Origin: Candidatus Hydrogenedentota bacterium | GTDB lineage: Bacteria; Hydrogenedentota; Hydrogenedentia; Hydrogenedentales; SLHB01 | Length of the DNA stretch: 29,580 bases | Assembly (NCBI GenBank): GCA_045863335.1 | Contig: BTVY01000063.1 | Coordinates: 1-29,580, forward strand | Direction of reading: 5' to 3' | Part shown: in pieces, positions 1 to 7,990 of the stretch | Layout: the number at the start of each line of letters is the position of its first letter | Position numbering within the stretch: the first letter of the stretch is position 1 | Position numbers and translations under genes: made by a program | Notes under the pieces: generated by a model | What the model was told of the DNA's origin: nothing | Seen by the model: the letters and a program-made list of their open reading frames with translations, nothing else | Database searches by the model: none

Positions 1-51
1 GTGTTACCCATGTCTCCGGTCTAAAGTGTTACCTATGTTCCCGGTCGTACA
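1..51. mobile_element. Terminus of a probable IS481-family insertion sequence (element continues beyond window start)
   Basis: Two 20-bp subterminal direct repeats, GTGTTACCCATGTCTCCGGT (1-20) and GTGTTACCTATGTTCCCGGT (26-45), end in CGTACA (46-51). This matches the TGT...ACA ends with repeated transposase-binding sites typical of IS481. No transposase is in the window. Confidence 0.6.
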
Positions 52-84
52 CCCCCTTGATCCCCCTTCAAAGGGGGAATTTGC
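52..84 (+). repeat. REP-like palindromic repeat, copy 1 (5'-truncated)
   Basis: CCCCCTTGATCCCCCTTCAAAGGGGGAATTTGC with a TCCCCCTT/AAGGGGGA hairpin. An inverted copy is at 237-273 and a direct copy at 28606-28642. Confidence 0.8.
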
Positions 85-236
85 CCAAGCAAGTCTTCTC
101 GACACTGCGACGCGGTTGCGTTGATTCGAACGCATCGGTCTGCTTGCGCACAACGCCAAGCGTTGTGCGAGGGACACTCGATGGCTACCGGTATGGTAAG
201 TTTTGTCGATGGGACTAACCAGCGACTGTGTATGAC

Positions 237-273
237 GCAATTCCCCCTTCGAAGGGGGATCAAGGGGGATGTT
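237..273 (-). repeat. REP-like palindromic repeat, copy 2 (inverted relative to copy 1)
   Basis: Reverse complement reads AACATCCCCCTTGATCCCCCTTCGAAGGGGGAATTGC. It lies 2 bp past the yraN stop codon. Confidence 0.8.
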
Positions 274-275
274 CT

Positions 276-662
276 TCAACGGGAATCCGGAAAGGCATCC
301 CGGTAGAGCGTTACTGTGGGGGGGCCGTCGTCTGGAATCAACACGGAGACGATGTCGAATCGGTAGTACGTGTTTGGATCGTCCTGGGCATCCATATAGC
401 GGTGGGCGGCGTGCCGGATGCGGCGCTGTTTATCGGGAGTGACATTCGCTTCGGGGTCCGCGATGTCGTCCGAGACGCGGGTCTTCACTTCGACGAAGGC
501 GACGGTGTCGCCTTCACGCGCGATGATGTCGATTTCGTAACGGCCGAGTTGGACATTGCGATCCAGGATGCGAAAGCCGGAGCGTTTGAGGTGGCGCACC
601 GCGAGGTCTTCCCCGCGCTCGCCGAGAGGCGTGGGTTTGCGCCGCGACCAGGGCCACTTCAC
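276..662 (-). CDS. yraN: YraN family (UPF0102) putative PD-(D/E)xK endonuclease
   Basis: Motifs LGERGEDLA, ILDRN, EIDIIAREGDTVAFVEVKTR, KQRRI and RFDIV. Start moved to the GTG at 662, which overlaps the scpA stop (GTGA), giving 128 aa. Confidence 0.93.
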   Translation of the reverse strand: MKWPWSRRKPTPLGERGEDLAVRHLKRSGFRILDRNVQLGRYEIDIIAREGDTVAFVEVKTRVSDDIADPEANVTPDKQRRIRHAAHRYMDAQDDPNTYYRFDIVSVLIPDDGPPTVTLYRDAFPDSR

Positions 663-1501
663 GCGGACGCGCTCTCCGCGGCGGCCTCCAATTCCTCCGC
701 GGGCGGGAAGAGGCGAATCTCGTCGAAGGCGTGGTGTTGATGCGCGCGGAGCCGGCCCATGCGGCACATTTCGAGAATCGCGAGGAAGCAGCAGACCAGC
801 TCCATGCGGCTGCGGCATTCCTTAAAGATATCCGTCCAGGCGATGCTGCCCTCAGTCGCCAGACGGCCTTCGATGTATTCAATCTTCTCGTCGACGGAAG
901 CGCCTTCGCCTTCGACGGTATGAAAGAGGTCTTCGGTGAAGTAGCGCAGGACCCCGCGAAAGGCCTGGATGAGATCGTGCAGCGTCACTTCGAGGAGTTC
1001 TTCTTCCTCCTCGGCGGGTTTTTCGAAGACGGGTTTGACTTCGCGGGCGAACCAGCGCTGCCGTTCCTCTTCGAGGAACTGGAGGCGCTCGGTTACTTCG
1101 CGGAACTTGCGGTATTCGAGGAGTTTCTCGACGAGTTCCAGGCGCGGATCTTCTTCGTCGAGGTCTTCCTCTTCCTCTGTTTCCATGTCGGCGGGCAAGA
1201 GCATGCGCGACTTGATTTGGATCAGCGTTGCGGCCATGACCAGGAAGTCGCCGGTGATCTCGAGATTTTCCTCGCGCATGAGTTCGAGGAACCGAAGGTA
1301 TTGCTCCGTGATCTTGAGGACGGGAATGTCGAGGATGTCGATTTCTTGAGATCGGATGAGGTAGAGGAGAACTTCGAGCGGCCCCTCGAACTTGTCGAGG
1401 TGCAACCGGAGTACTTCGTCGGTCGCCTCATCGACGATGAAATCGGCCTCCGAAGCGCCCTCCGAATTGGGCGCGTTCTCGTTGTTTAGCTTGTCAACCA
1501 T
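659..1501 (-). CDS. scpA: Segregation and condensation protein A (SMC kleisin)
   Basis: Motifs FEGPLEVLLYLI, DIPVLKITEQYL, FLVMAATLIQIKSRMLLP, DPRLELVEKLLEY and C-terminal FLAILEM. Confidence 0.93.
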   Translation of the reverse strand: MVDKLNNENAPNSEGASEADFIVDEATDEVLRLHLDKFEGPLEVLLYLIRSQEIDILDIPVLKITEQYLRFLELMREENLEITGDFLVMAATLIQIKSRMLLPADMETEEEEDLDEEDPRLELVEKLLEYRKFREVTERLQFLEEERQRWFAREVKPVFEKPAEEEEELLEVTLHDLIQAFRGVLRYFTEDLFHTVEGEGASVDEKIEYIEGRLATEGSIAWTDIFKECRSRMELVCCFLAILEMCRMGRLRAHQHHAFDEIRLFPPAEELEAAAESASA

Positions 1502-1519
1502 TGCTTTCCCAGGATTGGT

Positions 1520-3112
1520 TTAGTTCTGGCCCGCCGCAGCCGTGGGGCAGACGACCCGAAACTCGAACTCTATGGCATCGCCGTGTACGGCGGCAAGTGC
1601 GGTGATGGTATCGATATTCTCGGCGGAAGCCATCCAGGACGCCGCAGCGGCCTCGAAGGTCTCCTGTGTGAACCCACGGAGACTGTCGATCTCGGCGAGA
1701 AGCCGGCCGGATTCGATGATGGATTTCACCAGGGGCGCGGGCTGAATCTGGATGTACAGGTTCCCGGACTGCGGCAGATCCTGATCCGTCGCCTCGTTCG
1801 ACATGGTCTCTCGCATCGATTCCTGGCTGCTGCCCACGAACATCATGTTCCGGCTCACGGCGATTGCCGGCTCCAGCGAAGGGCCGCCGAACATGGGGAC
1901 AAACGCAACACCGGTCTCGGCGTCGTAGCGGGGATAGGAGTCCCACGGTTGAATATCCTCAGGTGGCGCGGGTATCGATTCGAGCATCTGCTTTACCGCG
2001 CCCGTGTCCCCGTCGACCGTGCCGACCAGAATGGGCATTGGGATGATCTCGTTGGCGTCTATGCCAGTCATGGCAATTCGAAGGCCGGGACCTTTATCGC
2101 CGATGAGACTCGTGAGAAAGGATGCGACGTCCACGGGTTGGCCGGGCGCGCCGTTTGCCCATGACTCCCACTGGCTTTTGCTGAACAGTGTCGCGCCGGT
2201 GGCATCACCGAGCGCGGTCCAGACTTCTTTTACGGGTTTGCCGAAGTTCGCGGAGACGGCGACCAGCCCTTCGGGAGGCGTCTTGAGCGAAGCCGGGCCG
2301 GTGCCAGCAATCAGCGAACCGAGTTCCGCAGCGGCGTGCGGGCGCAGGACACCGCGGCATTTTGCGTGAGCGGAATCGGCATCGACGCGGATGGCGAAGG
2401 CGACTGATTCAAAGTACCGGCCCACAGCGTGGTCCGGCGCCAAGGCGATGGTGCCGCGGATATCCTCGCCGCCGGAACGGGCCAATTCGTCGAACTGCGA
2501 TTGGTCCAGTTGATCGCCGTCCGCCAGCGTGAGCGCGCGGATGAGGGCGTCGCGCGAGGCGCTCATCAGCAGAAGGCGGCCGCGCACCGCGTAGTAGACG
2601 TCCCGGTCTGGGATCGCGCGCAGTTCGAGGCCGCCGGCGTAGTCGTCCGCCACCGAAGATGAGAAGCCGTGGAACCGCTCCAGCAAGGTGCCGATACGCG
2701 TCATCCGGCTGAGCAACACGAGGTCATTGGTTTCCCCCACCTCGTTTCCGGTCACGATCGCGCGGTTGTGGAAGAGGTTGTTCAGGACCCATTGCGGCAT
2801 GCCGAAGTTGGAGAGCGCGAGATTCGGATCCGAGACAGGCGTCCAGCCTTCAGGGATTGCGCGCCACACACGCGATTGAAACAGGCGGTCGCGCGCGGTC
2901 AGGGGATCGTCCACGATGACGGTGAGCCGTTGGCCGGCGGGAATGCATTCGGCAAAGCGATAGGTGTCCCGGGTCATCCACCATAGTACGGCGAGAAGGA
3001 CAAGGACGCCTGGCAAGAATACGCGCGTGAACAATCCCCGTCGCCGGAACCGCCGCGGGCGCGATCGGAGCGAGCCGGACTGTCCGGTGTAGTTGCGCAC
3101 CACGTCGCTCAT
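1520..3112 (-). CDS. Hypothetical membrane-anchored protein (single N-terminal TM helix; possibly DUF3352-like)
   Basis: 530-aa ORF with an Arg-rich N-terminus followed by hydrophobic VFLPGVLVLLAVLWWM. Start overlaps the upstream stop (ATGA, 3109-3112). Family assignment is tentative. Confidence 0.7.
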   Translation of the reverse strand: MSDVVRNYTGQSGSLRSRPRRFRRRGLFTRVFLPGVLVLLAVLWWMTRDTYRFAECIPAGQRLTVIVDDPLTARDRLFQSRVWRAIPEGWTPVSDPNLALSNFGMPQWVLNNLFHNRAIVTGNEVGETNDLVLLSRMTRIGTLLERFHGFSSSVADDYAGGLELRAIPDRDVYYAVRGRLLLMSASRDALIRALTLADGDQLDQSQFDELARSGGEDIRGTIALAPDHAVGRYFESVAFAIRVDADSAHAKCRGVLRPHAAAELGSLIAGTGPASLKTPPEGLVAVSANFGKPVKEVWTALGDATGATLFSKSQWESWANGAPGQPVDVASFLTSLIGDKGPGLRIAMTGIDANEIIPMPILVGTVDGDTGAVKQMLESIPAPPEDIQPWDSYPRYDAETGVAFVPMFGGPSLEPAIAVSRNMMFVGSSQESMRETMSNEATDQDLPQSGNLYIQIQPAPLVKSIIESGRLLAEIDSLRGFTQETFEAAAASWMASAENIDTITALAAVHGDAIEFEFRVVCPTAAAGQN

Positions 3113-5442
3113 GGCGCGCCTCCCGCAACGAGGGAGATCGTAGTGTACCTCGCTTCGGAATCCGGCGTTGCGAAGGCCGCAACGTGAAGGGCGCGGGCCT
3201 TGGGTTCGAAGACGACGCTGTACCGGGTCATCTCATTGCGGATGGCGGCCTGGCCTTGCCGGCCCGGTTCGCGGTCGTCGAGAAACGACCGCATCTCCGC
3301 CTCCGACACGATTCGCTCCGTGGAGACGAGTTCGGACATGCGCGCGTACCGGATTGCGGCGTCACCGTCCGCGGCGCTCGAGGCAGGATCGATGCCGAGC
3401 AGTACGCCATCGACGGCTTCGCGCGTGACGACAGCCGCACCCAGTTCCAGCACCCGCGCGTCCGTGCCGGAGGGGCCTGCGACGAGGATATGGTATCCGC
3501 GCGTTGCGGCGCTTGTCCTGATGGCTTCGACGGCGGATTGTGGATCGGCCGAACTCCGAAGGACTTCCGCAAGGACGATCTCAATGGGCGGGGCGTCGAT
3601 GGACGGTTCGCCGCGGTTCTCGACGCGTTCGACCGCGATTACGACGCCGGCATCGTTCATGCCGGTGAAGGTACCCGCGCTCCAGGGGAAGCCGACTGTA
3701 ACGTAGCGCCGGCCGTCCGAGGGACGGGTGTCGGCGATAACGGGTGATTCCTGATCCGGCCAGTCGAAGTTTCGGCCAACGACGCAATCGTCGGCGCCCG
3801 CTCTGTCGCCGGTCACGGCGACCATCGAACAGAACGGAGAGCGGTACATCTCGTCCTTGCTCGCGCGGGCGGTGTAGGTGGCGGCGCACTGCGTCAACCA
3901 GACGGCGTCGAAGGGCAGTTGCGCGCCGTCTGCCATGCCGGAGATTTCGTCCAGCCAACCGGGTGCGAGTCCTGCGAGCATGGGCCGGGCGCCGATGGCC
4001 AGCCGCGTCAACGCGAGGGGGGTCTGGTCCACAAAGGGAGGGGCGAGCGACCAGAGCCCGCCGTTGGGAATCCATTCGCCCGAGCGGCAAGGTGAGACCA
4101 CGTAATCTTGATAGGCGCGTCCGAGGTCTTCTCGAAACGCGACGCCGCGTTGGTAGCCGCGGGTGTAGGCGTCGCCTTCGAGGCGAATCGACTGCATCGA
4201 GTCGAGGGATGTCAGTTCCGCCGCGCCAGGGGATGGCGGTGTTTCGGCAGGACTACCTTTGGTCATCAGCTTGCCGAACTCGCTGTAGAACCACCGGTCG
4301 ATGTGCGGGCCGTACATGTTCATGGCCGACTCGTAATCGAGTGTGCCGTAGAGCTCGGTGGGAACGAAGTACAGGAGATGATCGTTTGCAAGGCCGACGC
4401 TGAATTGGTTCGCGTATCCGCGGCTTCGGGCCTGGCGTCTCATCTCGAGCCCGATTTCCACGCAAGGTTCGCCGGGGAAAAAGGTCAAAAGGAGGTTGTC
4501 GATCTCGAGTGTTTGCAGATAAGTTTGGTCCGGCATGAGCGAGGCGGCGATGGTCGGCGGCAGCGCGGGGGTTGCATAGGCGACGTGCAGTTGGGCCTCG
4601 TTGCACGAGATCTCTTCGGCGACCTCCATGGTGATGGCGGCCAGCGCTTTCCCAACCGCTTCGGTGCGAGCCCAGCCGGACAAACCGTTGGGGTTCGCGG
4701 GACGCTGGTTGCCTTCAGCACCGTTGAGGAACATGGCGACGCAGCCGGGCTCGGCGAGCCGTTCGACTTCGTCGTAGTAGTAGCCGGGATAGTCGGCAGA
4801 AATGGCGAACATGTCGGGGCCGCTCACGGTCGTGGGATGCGCGGCGAAGTTGGTAATGATGGCGATGGCATTGCCGTCGGCATCTTCCACGCGAATGACA
4901 CCGACTTGTTCGTCGATGGGACCTTCGGGGACGCGACGGTTCTCGGTGAGTCCGTCGTGGGTGGCGGAGTCATACCCGATGGTGGCGCGCTTACGGCTGG
5001 TATATGCGGCGTGCATGGCGTCGACGAAACGCTGCGCCGTCGTTTCCAGGATCTCCGGCATGTAGCGGCCGCTGATGGAACGGGCGAGCAGGCCACGGCA
5101 CATGGCGCCCTGGGCGCTGTGGGTGTGGGTGGCGGTGAGGATGATGTGTTCTTTGGGTACGTAGTCCGGCGCCAAATCGAGCACGCGGTCCCGCAATTCC
5201 TTGTTGATAATGCAGAGGTCGGCGTTGAGGAGGAAGATGCCGGTGTCGCCGTCGTTCGCGTAGAGACAGCGTACCCAGACGGGGTCGTGTCCGCTGACGG
5301 CGCCGCGGCCGAGGCGGTCGTAGTAGCCGTTAAGGGGGGTACCTGTTGGCGGGGTAATCTCGACCTTCGCGGCACCGGCCTCGAAGGCGGCGGCCGGGAA
5401 GGCGGCGAGCATCACCGTAGCTAGCATATGGGTCAGGCGCAT
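3109..5442 (-). CDS. Exported fusion of a neutral/alkaline ceramidase-like domain and a C45-family Ntn hydrolase (acyltransferase/amidase)
   Basis: Signal peptide MRLTHMLATVMLAAFPAAA. Ceramidase-type motifs AGAAKVEITPP, ATHTHSA, FAAHPT, SADYPG, PGEP. C45 motifs RGYQRG, FCSMVAV, GRNFDW, GMNDAG. Start reassigned to the ATG at 5442 (777 aa). Confidence 0.82.
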   Translation of the reverse strand: MRLTHMLATVMLAAFPAAAFEAGAAKVEITPPTGTPLNGYYDRLGRGAVSGHDPVWVRCLYANDGDTGIFLLNADLCIINKELRDRVLDLAPDYVPKEHIILTATHTHSAQGAMCRGLLARSISGRYMPEILETTAQRFVDAMHAAYTSRKRATIGYDSATHDGLTENRRVPEGPIDEQVGVIRVEDADGNAIAIITNFAAHPTTVSGPDMFAISADYPGYYYDEVERLAEPGCVAMFLNGAEGNQRPANPNGLSGWARTEAVGKALAAITMEVAEEISCNEAQLHVAYATPALPPTIAASLMPDQTYLQTLEIDNLLLTFFPGEPCVEIGLEMRRQARSRGYANQFSVGLANDHLLYFVPTELYGTLDYESAMNMYGPHIDRWFYSEFGKLMTKGSPAETPPSPGAAELTSLDSMQSIRLEGDAYTRGYQRGVAFREDLGRAYQDYVVSPCRSGEWIPNGGLWSLAPPFVDQTPLALTRLAIGARPMLAGLAPGWLDEISGMADGAQLPFDAVWLTQCAATYTARASKDEMYRSPFCSMVAVTGDRAGADDCVVGRNFDWPDQESPVIADTRPSDGRRYVTVGFPWSAGTFTGMNDAGVVIAVERVENRGEPSIDAPPIEIVLAEVLRSSADPQSAVEAIRTSAATRGYHILVAGPSGTDARVLELGAAVVTREAVDGVLLGIDPASSAADGDAAIRYARMSELVSTERIVSEAEMRSFLDDREPGRQGQAAIRNEMTRYSVVFEPKARALHVAAFATPDSEARYTTISLVAGGAP

Positions 5443-5449
5443 CAACGGA

Positions 5450-6232
5450 TCACTTCCCGTGGAACTGGGGCGGACGCTTTTCCAGGAAGGCCGCGATCCC
5501 CTCGCGGGCGTCGGCGCTGGCTGCGGCTTCCGAGAACGCCTCCAGTTCGAGAGCCTTGCCCGATTCCGGATGGGAGGCGCGCTCGTGCACGGCCCGGAGA
5601 ATCGCGCGGACGGCCACGGGCGGTTTGCCCCCAAGGGACTGCGCAAGTTCGCGGGCTGCGCCGGCGAGTTCCTCTGACGGCACTATCTTGGAGACGAGAC
5701 CGGCCTCCAGGGCTTCCTGTGCATTGACCATACGGCCGCTCAGCAGCCATTCAAGTGCGCGGGACTCGCCTACCAGGCGCGGCAGACGATGGCATCCTCC
5801 CCAGCCGGGCACGATTCCCAGGTTGATCTCGGGCTGGCCGAAGATGGCGGATTCCGCAGCGATGCGGATGTGGCAAGCCAGGGCCAGTTCGCAGCCGCCG
5901 CCCAGAGCAAAGCCGTTTACGGACGCAATGATGGGAATGGTGCTGGATTCGATGCGGTCCATGACAGTGAGACCGATGGCAAGAGGCGCCCCGGGCGCGA
6001 ATGGCGCATCCAGGGAGGCTTGAAGCGAGGGGATGTCCGCGCCGCCGCTGAAAAACTTGCTTTCGCCGCCGGTCATGACGATGGCCCGGATGTCTCCCTT
6101 GGTATCGCAGGCGTCCAGCGCTGCGGCAATCTCCGTGAGAAGTTCCGAAGAGAGGGCATTCACCTTGGGACGATCCAGAATGATGGTCGCTATGTTATCG
6201 TGGAAATGGAGGTGGAGATGCGTAAAGTCCAT
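5450..6232 (-). CDS. Enoyl-CoA hydratase/isomerase (crotonase family)
   Basis: Motifs LDRPKVNAL, FSGGADI, GFALGGGCELALACHIRIA, FGQPEINLGIVPGWGG and AFLEKRPPQF; both catalytic Glu present. Probable start MDFTH at 6232. Confidence 0.93.
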   Translation of the reverse strand: MDFTHLHLHFHDNIATIILDRPKVNALSSELLTEIAAALDACDTKGDIRAIVMTGGESKFFSGGADIPSLQASLDAPFAPGAPLAIGLTVMDRIESSTIPIIASVNGFALGGGCELALACHIRIAAESAIFGQPEINLGIVPGWGGCHRLPRLVGESRALEWLLSGRMVNAQEALEAGLVSKIVPSEELAGAARELAQSLGGKPPVAVRAILRAVHERASHPESGKALELEAFSEAAASADAREGIAAFLEKRPPQFHGK

Positions 6233-6348
6233 GCTACGAAACCCTTCACACCGCGTGCGGGCGCAGTGTACCACAGCGACGGTTGGAAATGACAGATGAG
6301 CGAGGATAAGGGTCTTGGGTCCTTCAGCGACGACTGTCTTCAGGCCGT

Positions 6349-7458
6349 CTACTCGCCAATATCGAACAGGCGAATCGGCGGCGCGAGTTTAGACAGCGCG
6401 GACGTCTCGGCAACCGTTGGTTCGCGAACGATTCGAATAGGACCCTCGGCTTCGCCATCGAACCATCGGGACATCTGTTCGAGTCCTTCAGTGGCCGCCT
6501 CCCACACCGGAAGCCAGACGTGATGGGTAGCTTCGAGGAGATAGGCGGCGCCGTGGGAGTAGGTCCAGGCGACAATCTCGACGTCCTGTCCGGGAACGCG
6601 GCCCGCCAAGCGACAGCCTTCGCGAATACCAGCGGCGTTTTCCGAGCCGCTCGAATCGATGAAGGCCGTAACCGTGGGGTCGGCCAGGAGCGTTCGTACA
6701 GTTGCGACGAGGTGGTCCGGAGTAAACGAGACTTTTCTGAGGAGGTCGAGATCCGGTTCGATTCCTGCCGCTTCATGGCCTTGCAGGTATCCCCGGCGGC
6801 GTTCCGCGCCGGGCTGATATCCATGGAAACCTTTTAGTACGCCGATGCGCGTATGGCCTCGGGACGCGAGCACTTCGACCGACTGCTTCATGGCGAGTTC
6901 GTAGTCGACGGTCGCACAACTGCATTCGGGGACCGTGTCGGAGCGGCCGAGGGCAAGATAGGGCATGCCTGAAGCGTGGATGCGCGCGATGGTCGTATCA
7001 TCCGGACGCAGCGGACCGCAGAGGATGCAGCCCGCGAAGCGGCCTTCAAAGAGGCCGCGAGCGTAATCTCCGAGCGATTTCCCGTAGTAGGGATTGAGGT
7101 CGAAACAGATGTATCGCCCCCGGGACCCGAATAGCCGGTACAAATGGGAAAAGAGGCGAATGAAGAACTCTTCGTGTACGGGGACGTCCGTCATTGGAGC
7201 GGGAATCGTACAACCGATGCAATCCCGGGTATGGCTGCGCATGCTTCGGGCGCCGATGTGGGGGTGATAACCGACTTGTTCGATGAACTGGGATACGCGG
7301 GTGCGCGTGGATTCGCGGACCCCGGGCTCGCCGTTGACGACGCGACTCACGGTTTTGGTCGATACGCCGACTTTCCGGGCGATCGCTTCCATGGTCCAAG
7401 CGACGGGAATACGACTGTGCCCGGGGTCTATTTCTGCGTTTTTCAGCATGGCCCGCAT
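6349..7458 (-). CDS. LacI-family transcriptional regulator
   Basis: HTH TMEAIARKVGVSTKTVSRVVNG, hinge GYHPHIGARSMR, and effector domain with GHTRIG, ERRRGY, GRVPGQDV. Start could be 7458, 7449 or 7392. Confidence 0.92.
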   Translation of the reverse strand: MRAMLKNAEIDPGHSRIPVAWTMEAIARKVGVSTKTVSRVVNGEPGVRESTRTRVSQFIEQVGYHPHIGARSMRSHTRDCIGCTIPAPMTDVPVHEEFFIRLFSHLYRLFGSRGRYICFDLNPYYGKSLGDYARGLFEGRFAGCILCGPLRPDDTTIARIHASGMPYLALGRSDTVPECSCATVDYELAMKQSVEVLASRGHTRIGVLKGFHGYQPGAERRRGYLQGHEAAGIEPDLDLLRKVSFTPDHLVATVRTLLADPTVTAFIDSSGSENAAGIREGCRLAGRVPGQDVEIVAWTYSHGAAYLLEATHHVWLPVWEAATEGLEQMSRWFDGEAEGPIRIVREPTVAETSALSKLAPPIRLFDIGE

Positions 7459-7599
7459 TCTGCTCCAGGTATAGTCTGGAGCGTTTGTTCAAGACATTTT
7501 GAACTCGAAATCACGGAGATCGAAACGCCGGAATTCCCCGCGAATTCTGGACGTACCAGACCGCGTAAGCCCGAGGCGGGATCCCGTGCAAATCAGATG

Positions 7600-7628
7600 T
7601 TGACAGAATCTATCTTCTTTGATACCCT
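7600..7628 (+). promoter_or_regulatory. Sigma70-type promoter facing DUF1559 gene copy 1
   Basis: TTGACA (7600-7605), 17-bp spacer, TACCCT (7623-7628), with an extended -10 TG at 7620-7621. Confidence 0.65.
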
Positions 7629-7633
7629 AACAA

Positions 7634-7647
7634 TGACAACGATGTCA
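7634..7647. promoter_or_regulatory. Putative LacI-family operator
   Basis: TGACAACGATGTCA, a 14-bp near-perfect palindrome with central CG (LacI-type architecture), over the predicted transcription start and next to the lacI-like gene. Confidence 0.7.
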
Positions 7648-7990
7648 AGAGCGAAGTATTAGCAAGCTTGACAACTCGTGGAAGAGGGTGCGCGTATTGG
7701 AGCCGGAATTTGAGCAAGAGTGGCTAGTTACTTTGTCGTAAGCAGGTTTGCGCCAAAGACCTGTGACAGAGTCTCGGGGGAGTGAGTTAGCCGTTCTTGG
7801 CAGTAACACGTACGGGCTGTTGATGAGCCACACCGAACCTTCACACTTGCGAAGTCATTCAGGGGGCCGTTAAGCGAAATTACGTGTCTGAGGGTGTTTT
7901 GGCTGCGGCATGTGTTTCGCCAACGTGTGCGAATACCGCAGCTTGGTGTAAGGGCAGTTATAGGTTTCAAGAAAGGGGAACGGAAATACT

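Noticed and set aside
1-51. Two 20-bp direct repeats as a possible CRISPR remnant
   Set aside because: The spacer is only 5 bp, there are no cas genes, and the pattern fits an IS terminus better.
663-818. N-terminal extension of the YraN ORF (180-aa version)
   Set aside because: It overlaps scpA in another frame and is low-complexity; the GTG at 662 gives a normal-length YraN.
4108-5424. Long antisense ORFs (438 aa here; also 731-1489, 12283-13215, 14611-15579, 17497-19179, 20734-22056, 23892-25004, 25150-26079)
   Set aside because: Shadow ORFs opposite well-supported genes, expected from GC-rich codon bias, with no recognisable motifs.
5443-5646. 68-aa N-terminal extension of the amidase fusion ORF
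   Set aside because: It overlaps the crotonase gene, and the signal peptide starts at the ATG at 5442.
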